Positions 26,356 through 38,743 of a DNA stretch of 64,000 nt are shown here, piece after piece. Position 1 is the stretch's first letter. Each line of letters starts with the position of its first letter. The position numbers were made by a program, and so were the translations under genes. Below the pieces are notes generated by a model. That model did no database searches, was not told the origin of the DNA, and worked only from the letters and a program-made list of their open reading frames with translations. This DNA is from the human T2T-CHM13v2.0 reference genome, Homo sapiens. The stretch is from the NCBI RefSeq assembly GCF_009914755.1, contig NC_060932.1; one strand, given 5' to 3'.

Positions 26356-29045
26356 ACCATGAAGCTCTTAAATCCACAGTCAGAGGTAATCTTTTCGCCT
26401 CGGAATTCCCACAGCACTCTCCTTACACCACTTTCAAGACATTTACCACATCCTATCTCAATTTCTACTTGGTGTATACATTATGCTCCATTGCATACTG
26501 TGAGCATCTCCGCAGAAGAAGCCCCATGACTCTTTGCATGTCCCCAGAGTGCCTCACCAAGCTCTGTGCTATACATTCAGTAACTTCTTAGGAATGAATG
26601 AATGAATTAATGGCATTCAGTGTATACAGAGAGTCATAAGATTACTGTAGTGTAACTGTAACAATATCCATCTTTATTAGGAGAAATCATTATGAGAATA
26701 TTATGTCGATTTTTTTTCTTACAGTGAATGCTGATTTAAAAAAAAAAAAATGTAGGGGTGTGCCTTAGAAAACCTTCCTCTTGGGAAACAAAACCAACTA
26801 GTGATTCCAGCAGGTCCTACAGATTCTCTGTGTAAGAAGCTAGGGAAAGGATTCCCTTTCTCTCATGATTGAACCCAAATCCTGTGTCTTTTCATGGTCC
26901 CCTGCGGCCCCAGGATCAGCCATATGCCTGATGCCCAATGTGCTGTCATATTGGGCATCTCTCTCTCTCTCTCTCAACAAAGAAGTTCCCAAAATATCTG
27001 GGAAGGCTACCTTTCCAAATTCCAGGTATGAGTCAGTCTTCTTAACATTTTATGCCTATGGGAATATTACCCTCTGGATACATACAACTCCATTCTAATG
27101 GACAAACATTTTTGAAAGTCTACTATCCACTAACTTTTTTCAATTCTTCCCTCTTAAAAACAAAAAACAACTCCCAGTCCATCTCTTCCTTATGTCAACG
27201 CCCAAAGCACTGTATCGTTACTGCTTAAAATATTAGTTAATGTGACCCTGCTCTGCAACATAGCAACTAACACTTAGCTCATTACTAGGGGGCATGGTAT
27301 ACCTCATCCATCGCCTTGTATCCCAGAGCTTAGGCCAGAGCCAGGTGTGTGGCTGATGCCCAATGTGCTGTCATACTTAGTATTTGGAAGCTAAATCCTG
27401 GGGCTGCAGGGGGCTATGAAAAGACACAGGATTTGGGTTCAATCACAACTAGATTTGAATCCTGGTCATACCATGTACTAGTTTTTTCACCCTGGGAAAG
27501 TCACTTGACTTTGTAAGCCTCCATTTCTTCACCTGTCAAATAGGTATATTAATGCCAGATTGATTCAAGTATTATCAAAAATATGTGTGGGAAGTATTTA
27601 ACACAGTGCCTGGCACATAGCAAGTTCCCCAGAAATGGTAAAATGAACTGAACTAAGATGATAAAATCCCAAATTCTAAATCCACCTTCCTTATTGGGTG
27701 ATTCTGGATAAGGCTTTTGATCTCCCTGAGACTTAGTTTACTCATGAGTACAAGAACTTTGTGAAGACCAAAATAAACAGCAGCAAATATAAGGCACCTA
27801 ACAAAGTGCCTCTCCCGTTGCAAACATTCACTCTAAATGTTAGCCCCTTCCTCCCGTTTCTCTTTCCTAGCAAGTCACCTGGCAGCCTTTACAAAGAAAG
27901 AGGGAATCAATTGTACAACACTGGCCCTATTTCTCCCTTTACTCTTCTGAGATTCCAGGAGTGAGGAGAGAAATCAATGTTACAACAATGAGTCATTATT
28001 TATAGCCCAGTTCCTGAGCTGCCTCATGAGGCAGTGAACTCCTTGACACTGAGACAATCAAGAAGAATAAAACCTCCAGATGAGATGGGCTGTGGGTAGT
28101 GAGGAATAACATTAATATGCATCAATGCAGGGGAGAACTGAGTCATCGCTAAGACACCTCCCTACTCTGTGATTCAGTTGTGAGTCGCGACAGAACACAG
28201 ACCATGTGACTTGGGGAAACACTGAGCAGTGCTTCCTTTATTTCTGTAGCTGCAAATAGGGACATATAACTACCCTGGTCGCATACGCTCAGACTGAAGC
28301 TGTGGCTGAAAGACACTTTATGGATGGCATTGGCTATCAGGATCCTCATATTACTTAGCAGAACATAGGGCTGTGCTTTACCCCTAGCTGAAGAATACAT
28401 GCATTTTGAGATAATGTCACCTCAAAACAGTTTTGGAAATAGGCCAGGCTCCAATCAATAAATAGATGAAATTGTACAGGGAAAATTGTCTTGAAAAGCT
28501 GTCAGACTCTATAGAAAGTTTCATTGTTATACTTCACATTTTAAAAAATTATTATGCTATTTCAAATACAGATTTTGAACTATTTAACACCCACAAAACT
28601 TTCTAATATTGGTGGAAGCAAACTGATCAAGCCATCCTAACAGCTTTTCCAACTGGCTTGTTTTAGGTATAACCATGGAAAAAGGCTGTGTCTATACTGA
28701 GTTCCGGGAAGAATGTTCAAGTCAGAGTCAGCAGAAGTCAAGTGGGGCGCTGACCCTCTGGCTCTGCCCTCTCTAATCAGCCTTCCCCAACCCATTTAGA
28801 ATTGGAATCTGAAGAATTCCCTTTCTGGCCCAGGATCAACAGATTTTGGTCCTGTCTACAAGCATTTTCATTTTCTTGCCCGAAAGCCTGTGCTTGGGCT
28901 TTTCTAGAGACTCAGCTCCCCCATCAATTGTCCAAAATGCCTAACTTCAGCTCCCAACTCTGTGGGTAAATAAGTCACCCACCCTCACTCTTTCTTCCTG
29001 GGCCACCCCTGGTGGAAAGAAGCCCACTGGGGCTGGGACACCTAC

Positions 29046-29376
29046 CTCCCAGCACCTCGCAGTCGCTGTCCATGCTGTCATGCACACCTGCAAAGATGTT
29101 GGCCAGAGTGGACTTGCCCACCCCCTGCTCCCCTATGAGCACCACTCGGTAGTAGGTGTTCCCTGACTCAGAGGAGATGACTGAGTCTGTGGAGTCAGAG
29201 GACCAGCTTCGGCGGCAGTGGTCCTCAGGGGTAGCAGAATGGCGGTTGCGGTGGCTGTACTGGTGGGGCTCTTTCTGGACCATCAGATGCCTGCCATCAG
29301 CTGGGATGCTCCAGCGCTGCTGCTGTGGCTGCATGCCCACAGTGCCCTGGCGCATGGTGACATTATTCAGAGTCAT
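29046..29376 (-). CDS. GEM: GEM coding exon (exon 2; the exon begins at 29385): N-terminal extension and G1 P-loop
   Basis: MTLNNVTMRQG...YRVVLIGEQGVGKSTLANIFAG...CEVLG. Acceptor ccccag|GACTCAACGATG, donor GGAG|gtagg; 331 coding nt. Confidence 0.98.
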
Positions 29377-30230
29377 CGTTGAGTCCTGGGGAGCAAAGCA
29401 GCCAAGATGGCAGCATTAGTAAGCATGAGTGAGAGCTCCGCTCAAATACATGGTCAGTCATCAGTAATATTTTATTAGATGAGATGAGAAGCAAGTATCC
29501 CTAACATAAAGACCACCAATTAAACAGTCCCCCAAACCCCAACAAGACAGGCTTTCAACTGGACACACACATGCTGCCCACACTGTCAGTAACCAGCTCC
29601 TCAGGCAGACTATCATTTGCATGGGAAAACAAATACGGTTAACATCACCCACTGCCCATGGGCTTCCCCCTTCCTCAAAGCAGACTTGGATGAAAGAAGA
29701 GCTGCACTCAGAGCTGGCACAAAGGCAGCTGGAAAGAACCAGCAGACTCCAAAGATGGCTTGAAAAGCAACAAGTTAATGTTGCTGGGGACCAGCTGGTC
29801 AGGTTAGCTGCTCTTGTCTAAACTTGGCTCTTAATTGCACCAGTGTCCAGCAGGTTTTGTGCCTCAGTGGGAAACACGTGGCAATGACATCACCCTCCCC
29901 TCCCCTGCCCACTGCAACCCTGGCTGGACTGGACAGGCACTTATTGGAACTTCCATGTTTAGTAAAGTTGCCTTGATGCTCTCCAGCTGCCTGGAGAGCA
30001 TCCACCTGCCATTATTGGGGGTAGGGGGGAAATTTTCTGTTTAAAGTTTATGCCTCAGCTGTGCCCTCTTACCCACAGATACCACTTTTAAAACATCCCG
30101 GCTCCAAACCTAGACACCCTGGCAGAGAAATGACCTGCTCATGTTCAGACCTATGAAATTTGCAGAGAAAGTGCCTCATTCTTAAAAAACCACATCCATT
30201 CTCAAGAGTTCTTTAATTCAACTCAGATTC

Positions 30231-30626
<396 letters not shown>

Positions 30627-31029
30627 TAGCCGGGAGGTCTGTTTTTCCGGCTACTGGTGATAAAGTATAAGTACTTACGTTGCAATCAGCAAGATGCACA
30701 AACACTCCTCTCCCACCCTCACCCCCACACTCCGTACCCCAACATCTCGCCACTAACCAGGACGACCAGCCGGTTTTTTAGTCTCAAAAGCAGCACCTCA
30801 GTTGGCAGACTTACATTCAAACAACAAATACATAAAGCATCATTAAGGGCTGCCCTCTCTGACCACTCGATCTGTAGAGGGAGGTGACCCTTCTACCGAA
30901 TTGAACTAAGGAACCTGCTGATGAGAAGCGACATCCTTTGCACTTGAAGCTCTGACCCCTACCAGAAAATCCCAGTGCTGAGCGCACGTTCCAGGGGTTC
31001 TTTTCTCAACTTCGAAAGTTCTGCGGGCT

Positions 31030-31040
31030 GGGAAACTCCC
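31030..31040. promoter_or_regulatory. NF-kB consensus site
   Basis: GGGAAACTCCC matches GGGRNNYYCC; it lies ~150 bp downstream of the TSS. Confidence 0.55.
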
Positions 31041-31077
31041 ACTCTCTCCCTTCTCCGTCTCGGGCCGTCCCCCTTAC

Positions 31078-31190
31078 TTGGCTCGGCCGGATCGGCGTCG
31101 GGGCGTCAGCGTATCGCGTGGGTCCGCGCTGGGATACCCGGGCCAACGAGCGGGGAGTGCTGCGCTGTGCCCGCCGTCCTTGCCCGCCGC
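31078..31190 (-). other. GEM: GEM non-coding exon 1 (short form; may extend to 30963 through an alternative donor)
   Basis: Begins ~25-30 nt downstream of TATAAA; donor CCAA|GTAAGG at 31077-31072; no upstream ATG. The TSS position is inferred. Confidence 0.75.
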
Positions 31191-31213
31191 CTGCAGCCGC
31201 CGCGGCCGGGCGG

Positions 31214-31219
31214 TTTATA
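31214..31219 (-). promoter_or_regulatory. TATA box
   Basis: TATAAA on the minus strand in GC-rich context, ~35 bp from the CRE and upstream of exon 1. Confidence 0.85.
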
Positions 31220-31253
31220 ACCAGCCCAGCCGACCCGCCGCGGGGCTTTTCCG

Positions 31254-31261
31254 TGACGTCA
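31254..31261. promoter_or_regulatory. Full palindromic CRE (CREB/ATF)
   Basis: TGACGTCA with GC-rich flanks, TATA-proximal. This fits GEM being a mitogen/cAMP-inducible early gene. Confidence 0.88.
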
Positions 31262-31262
31262 G

Positions 31263-31284
31263 CGCCCCCGCCGGGAGGGGGCGG
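31263..31284. promoter_or_regulatory. EGR/SP GC boxes
   Basis: CGCCCCCGC (GCGGGGGCG on minus, EGR1 consensus) at 31263-31271; GAGGGGGCGG at 31275-31284. Confidence 0.55.
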
Positions 31285-33081
31285 CTCTGCAGCAAACTCG
31301 GAGTTGCAGCCACTTGGCTAAATCAGTTACTCGCAGTCATGTGACCCCTTCTCTCTCCATTTAAAAAATAATGACAGTTCAATCCTGGGCCTCCTTTATT
31401 TTGTTTTATTTTCTTTTTACCAGATGAACACAGGAAAATGGAAAAATACACTAAGTGACACTTAATCGTCCTTCCCAGCAAAGCACTTGCGAGCTGTCGG
31501 GATAAAGGATGGAAGGGAGAGGCAGGTTTGAGTTGAGAACTCAGTTTTGCCAAGAAAACAGAGATCAACCTGGAATGCGCAGAGACTTTAGCCTCCAGGA
31601 TGAGACTGCAGCCACCTTGAATAGCCAAGGCTTGTTTTAACCACATCTTCTGCAACGAAGACAGCCTTGTCACCTTCTTCTGGATAGGGGGAAGCAGATG
31701 GAGCCCCACAAGGCTTTGTTTCCCTTCTCTGGCAAGGACCCAGAGAGAAGGGGCCAGAAAGAGGTGAGGAAAGAGGACAAGACCTTGAAAAGGGCAGTTT
31801 GGAAAAACAATTTAATTGAGGATCCAAGCAGATTGTGCTAAATATTGCTGGCCCTCCTGCTCTGGGCCAGAATGCTGAGGCTCCTCAATCAGGGAATTTA
31901 ATCAGCATCCCAATCAGCAGCATCTCTGTACCAGGCTCCCTGGCAAGGCTACGCCTTGGGCATGAGCCAATACAGCCTGGCCATGGGGAGGAGCACTGAG
32001 ACCAACACCCCTGTAAGAGACTCCTGTGAACAAAGGGCACAGGATAATAACTACTACTACCATTTATTAAGTACCTCTGAGGACCTCTGCTTAGTAGGTA
32101 CTGTTAGGCCTCCTGGGACCTTAATCCTTACTATACTTCTGCAAGGTGGCTCTATTTCTACCCTCATTGTATGGAGGAGGAAGATAACATAGGGCCAGAG
32201 AATTTGCCCAAGGTCACACCGCTGGTATAAGTGGCAGGGTCAGGACTCAAAGCCTGGTTTTCCTGAGTCTCTGCACTGCACCACCAAGTGAAGGATTTCA
32301 ATGACCTCTTTCTGGGGACATGGGTATTTCCCAGATGCTGTGTTTAGAGATGATGCTGGCCTCTCCAACATATCTGCTTTTCCAGCCAGCTTCAACTCTG
32401 GGTTGGCTGGTGGCTCCGGGAAGCAGCCAAAGGCACCAGCATCTATTGAAGCAGCTGGACTCTGCTGTGATTAGAGTCAATTCACAGTTATCCTGCAGGC
32501 ATTTATCTGCTTTGAGAATTAGCTACATGACCAGCTGCTGAGACCTGCCAGGTCCCAAGCTAGCAAAGGTGGAATCCATAGAGTAATGAAAACTTAGAAT
32601 TCCTTTAGTCTCAGGTGTTGTGGCCCCAATCTCCTACTTATCTTATACATAAGAAACCTGAGACCCAGAGAGGAGATGACCGCTTAGGACATGACAGAAC
32701 TGGAACTACAACCTGGGGATCATAATTCTCTGGATGCCCTTTGCTTCTGTCAAGTTTTTCTTCTGGGTTTCGCTGACAGGAAGTGGCTACAGATGTGGGG
32801 AAAGGAAAAGGAGAGGAGATGGGGGGTGGGGGAGATCATCTCCAAGAGTATATCACTGACTCCATTCTAAAACACATGTAATTGATGAATAATCCATGTT
32901 TCAAAATGATCCATGCTTTTTCCATACTGACACTCCTACTCTGTCAACTGGTCTCAACAGAAACATCATAGGAGTAAAAACTAAGAAGAAATCAGTTTAT
33001 AAGCATATGATATAGTTCCTCAGTTCTACTTTTGCCGATTGATAAGAATCTAATACTTCACATTTATAAAAACCTAATTCT

Positions 33082-33434
<353 letters not shown>

Positions 33435-34879
33435 TCATTGGTATATGTGAAACATACAAAAGAAAATGAACTCCAGGGACTGGGGAAAGGGAAGGGGCAC
33501 ACAGCAATGTTGTGTTTGGATAATAGAACAATTTTTAAATTTTTTAAATTGTCTGTCTCACAAGAAGCCACATGAACACAAACAAGAACACTACTTAAGA
33601 AGAGTCTTGACTAAAAGTTAAGTTTGAGTAATTATTTAGAGAAAAATCATAGTTATACTTCACAAAAAGCACATCTGAGCGCCAAATCTCATCTAGCCAA
33701 GTCTCAGATCCCTCGACCAGGATTCCAGCTCACTGGGATCATCTTGAGGGTGTGGAGCTGGAGAGAAAAGGTAGAATCAGGGCATTTGGGTAAGTGGCAA
33801 GTTTTGAAGAGGAAAAATTGGCAGAAAGTTGTCTTTTGTTCTATGAATTATTCTCTCCATATTCTTTCTGCCAGCATTTGAAGGCTTCCTCAGTTTCTAG
33901 CTACAATGAGTAGCTCAAGAGTATAGCAAAGAGGCAGAATTCAAAGCAACAAAAATAACTCACATTTACTTACCAAAATGCATGCCTATCTCAGCTAATC
34001 CGCATCACCCCTACAGTTACCCATATTCTATGGGGAAAGGTGCTGAGGAATGAGGGTTAAATAACCAGCCCAGGGTCACAGGGTGGTTAGGTGGCAGATG
34101 TGTACTCTCTGGGGCCACAGTCTTAACTGCTGTTCTATTTAGAGTAGGGGATATACGTCAGTCCTCATTCCCATACTAGCCCCACCTTGGCCTACCACCT
34201 TCCTAAAACCCTCAAAGGAGAAGTTTTTGTCTGATTGGCCAAAGCCCATGACCTTCACTGGGCCACCTGTTCCTAGTGGGCCGAGTTACTCTACTTAAAG
34301 GCATGAGCCATCCTTTCCTCTCTCTTTTCTCCACATCCCTGCCCTAGGGCAGAAGGTGAAGTTGGGGTCTGTTTGGGGACTCTGCCTACTACTCTGCCAC
34401 TGTCACTGTCACTTAGCATGTAGACTTGAGCAACCAGTTCCCATGATTTCAAATAGGATGAGAAAGGAAGGAAAGACGTAGGGAAAGAATAGGACCTTTG
34501 ACCAGGGTTGTAAATAAGGGCATCTGGGACTTGCACAGACATTAAGATAATATTACTTTGAATACCATGTCTTGAAAACTCTAAGAGAGGAGAGATGATG
34601 GGTAGGCTCAGGATCTGTACATGCCTGGGTCCATTATACTATTCTAAAAGCTGTAATTCTATTCCAAAAGCAACAGAATCTAAAAGCAACAGAATCATCT
34701 ATACTATAGACTTACTACAACCAAGGTCATGCTTGCCCAAGCCATCAAGTAAATGCTACTCAGTGGTAAAGGGGACACCATGCAAACGTTCTCCCTTTCC
34801 CAACAAGGAGGTAGATTATAGACTAAACACTGAGTAAGAAATAAATTAAATGGGTTTTTTCCTATTATTTTTTAAATGT

Positions 34880-35020
34880 TTCTTTTTTTCTTTCTTTCTT
34901 TCTTTTTGTATGTTTTTTGAGAGACAGAATCTTGCTATGTTGCCCAGGCTGGCCTCACCACTCCCAGGCTCAAGTGATCCTCCAGCTTCAGCCTCCTGAG
35001 TTACTGGGACTATAGGTGCT
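34880..35020 (-). mobile_element. Alu monomer (FLAM/FRAM-like)
   Basis: gagacagaatcttgctatgttgcccaggctgg...cagcctcctgagttactgggactatagg. Confidence 0.8.
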
Positions 35021-36414
35021 GGGCTCTGTTTTGCATTTTAATGCCTTTAGGCAAAGCATGCCGGCCAGTTTCCCACAATCCTTACTAATCCTTAATATAT
35101 TCTACTCCAAGCAGTTTCATTTATACTATCTACCTGGCCCCTAAAGGCATTTGACTTTGGGATCTTTGCCTGGGCTGAAAGAAATGGTAGGGGATTTAAC
35201 ATCAGAAAAGGAGGTTCAAATCCAGGCCTTTCCTCTTATGCATGTGATGCTGGGGATGTCACCAAGCCCCAGAGGCCTTGGCTTCTGCTGTTCTGAGGAC
35301 TAAAGAGCTATGGAATGTGGAAGTGCTTGTTAACCACGGAGCACTATGTCAATAAGAGTGATTATGATTATGACGCAGGAGCCAAGGATTGAAGCTTAGC
35401 CACCTGCCCTCGGTTTTGCTGCCTCTTAAGGCTCCAGCTAAATTAATCCAGCAGAATTCAAGACACATGGGGTGGAGGGAGGATGGGCGAGAAATATGCT
35501 CATATTAGATGTTACTAGGAAAATATCATTAGCAAGGAGGTTGTTGTAAACAAGAAGATGGAGGCCAAATACCCAGCACACATCATAGGTCTCCACCAGC
35601 CACAAAAACATTCAGGGGAGGAGCTGGGTGGGAAGCAATTTGCAAAGTGTCTGAGCACAAAAAGAACCACCCACCAACTTTGGGAAGTCTAAAGAAGGAA
35701 AGAATTACTATATGGAAAATCATTGCTTTAGAGAAGGGGGATAAAAAAGCCTTCAATCGCAAATTCAAGAGAGGCCTGATTACAAGAAAATAAAGACAGA
35801 AGAAAAGATGGCTAAGAATAACGTGTCAGCATCCAGAGGCCTGTGAGATCCAGATGGACAGCCCCTCCAGCTGCATCCTCCCCAGACCAGCCCCCAGCTT
35901 CTCATCAGACTCCTGCTGAGCAGATTGAATTTTCCATTGAAAAAATTCTTAGCTATCACCCCTCCTTCCCTCCATTGGCCCAGCCTGCTGCAGGCCTGGA
36001 GAGTGCCAGTGGCAGAGATAGCTAGAGCCCTTCCTTCTAAAAGCTTGCAGAGTAAGTGCAGAATGTATCTTAGTAGGCTGGGAGGAGCCTCCTAAAGAAA
36101 GCAAATGTTTTCTTCCCAGGCTCCCTCCATCCATCCACATTCATTCATTAAACAACAGATAACTACTGAGAATCTACGTTATGTAAAGACCTGTTCTAAG
36201 GGTTAAGAATATGATCCTTACATTCACAGAACTTCTACTCTGGTAGGAGAAATAATAAATAAAGAAATAAAGTATCACCATGTTCAGTCATTCATGCACT
36301 CATTCTTTCTCTGAGCATGCGACCCTTTAGCCTCCATTTTCTCATCTGCAAATAGGGAATGATAATACTGAAAGGAAGTATAAAGTAGGGATTAAGGGCA
36401 TACCCATTCAGAGG

Positions 36415-36790
36415 TCTGACAACACCCAGGTCAGTGAAAATGTAAAGAATGGAAGCTCTCATGCCCAGCAGGTGGGAGTGTAAGTTCGTAAGGCCACTTT
36501 GGAAATCAACTATCAACACCTAAGATGTGCATATCCTTTGAGATCCAGCAATTCCACTTCTAAATGTACATCTTATATGTTACAGAAAAAACAAATACAA
36601 GGATGCTCATGAAAGCACTGTTTGCAATAGCAACAATCAGAAACCAACTAATGGCCATCAATGAATAAATGCATTGTGGTATATTTACACAATGAAATAG
36701 TATACAGCACTGAAAATGGATGAAGTAGATCTACTTGTATCAACAGAAGTAAATGTTGAGACCATATGGTAACTTGAAGAAGCAAATTGC
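36415..36790 (+). mobile_element. Old L1 (L1ME-like) 3' fragment
   Basis: gatccagcaattccacttctaaatg...gcactgtttgcaatagcaac...attgtggtatatttacacaatgaaatag. Confidence 0.7.
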
Positions 36791-37088
36791 AGGATATCAA
36801 CAGGGTAATACACTATATAATTTTTACATACCACACTAGTGTTTTATGGTTAAATACACAGTTAGTAAAAGGATAGAAACGAGGATGAGAAAAATAGACA
36901 TCAACTTCAGAATAGAATTATCTCAAGTGAAGGAGGGGAATGACAATTAGATGGACAGAAGACTTCTCAAAAACAACCGAGAAGCCAGGAAATACTTGCA
37001 TAATAAGATGAAAGTGCTCAGTGAAAATAATTGTTAATGTGGAATTTTATGCCCAACTAAACTGTAGTTCAACAATGTGAGCTAAACA

Positions 37089-37383
37089 GGTCAGGTGCAG
37101 TGGCTCACACCTATAATCCCAGCACTTTGGGAGGCCGAGGCGGGCAGATCACTTGAGGTCAGGAGTTCAAAACCAGCCTGGTCAACATGGTGAAACTCTA
37201 CCTCTACAAAAAAATACAAAAATTAGCCAGACATGGTGGCAGGCACCTGTAATCCTAGCTACTCAGGAGGCTGGGGCAGGAGAATTGCTTTGCAGAGGTT
37301 GCAGTGAGCTGAGATCGTGCCACTGCACTCCAGCCTGGGTGACAGAGAGAGACTCTGTCTCAAATAAATAAATAAAAATAAAA
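37089..37383 (+). mobile_element. Alu (AluS-like) with a short internal deletion
   Basis: Dimeric Alu lacking gaacccgggag in the right arm; TSD ~atgtgagc. Confidence 0.93.
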
Positions 37384-38341
37384 CTCCGATGTGAGCCTAA
37401 CAAATATTTATCGAGTACTTGTTATTACTAAGCAATATCCTAAGCTGCAGAGACACAGAATTATACAAGTCTAGGTTTCTGTCCTCCAGGAGCTTAAAGT
37501 CTGATGTTCCTTTCCCCAGAAAGTACCAAATCCATGAGATCATCTAAGAGCTACATAAAAGCTTTAGCCCAATGCATATTTGGTTTCCCAACCAACACAA
37601 CCTTTTTCCTAGAGTTCCCTCCCTCAGCAACAGAATGCTTAATGACACTATTTTGACCCAAGGAGTCAAAAACAAGACTAATGCAAAGTCCTTGATTTAG
37701 CCAATTATAATGACATGGGGATTCTTCAATGATAAATTTAGAAAGGTCAAAGGAAGAAACAGCTGGGTTGAAGACATAGGCAGTTAACACCTTTCATACA
37801 TGGTTATAATTATTCCCATTTGCCTGCTTTGTTTGCTTAATCTCACCATCTTCCTGATTTCCAGGTCTTTATTGAAACAGGTGGATGATTTCTCCAACAC
37901 TTAAAAGGCAGCAAGACTCTTTAGCTTTGGTAGGATGCAAGTAACTCACCCCTGCAATGAACATCATCCAGAATGTTTTAAAAAATAAAAATGAATGAAG
38001 CCCTTAATTGATGAAAAGTTATATGTCTAAGTTTCTGTTATTTTGTAAAGATTCCTTCATTCCCCATTTAAAATCTTTGAGTAAAAAACTGTTATACTGT
38101 GTTCTCTACGTAAGCAAGGTATCATTTTTAACCCAGAATAGTGCATTTACTGGAGTTGGTGAATTTAATAGATGAAATAATGATTATAGTGGCTAGCATG
38201 TGTGCCAGGCACTGATGTGCATTATCTAACTTAATCCTCACAACAACTCTATGAAGCAAGTACTATTATTATTCTCCTCTTATAGATACGGAGACTGAGA
38301 TCAGGTAACATAGCTAGGAACTGGCAGACTTCATCTAACTC

Positions 38342-38743
<402 letters not shown>

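Larger units (their letters stand above)
30970..31345. promoter_or_regulatory. CpG island / GEM promoter
   Basis: Dense CpG and high GC around exon 1, in contrast to the CpG-depleted flanks. Confidence 0.9.

Noticed and set aside
28975-29045. 133-aa ORF reading from exon 2 into intron 2 (possible truncated GEM isoform)
   Set aside because: A simple read-through of the donor that breaks the G domain. Nothing in the sequence supports it without transcript data.
31361-31371. MEF2-like AT tract upstream of the promoter
   Set aside because: TTAAAAAATAA has five central W bases and does not fit YTA(W)4TAR.
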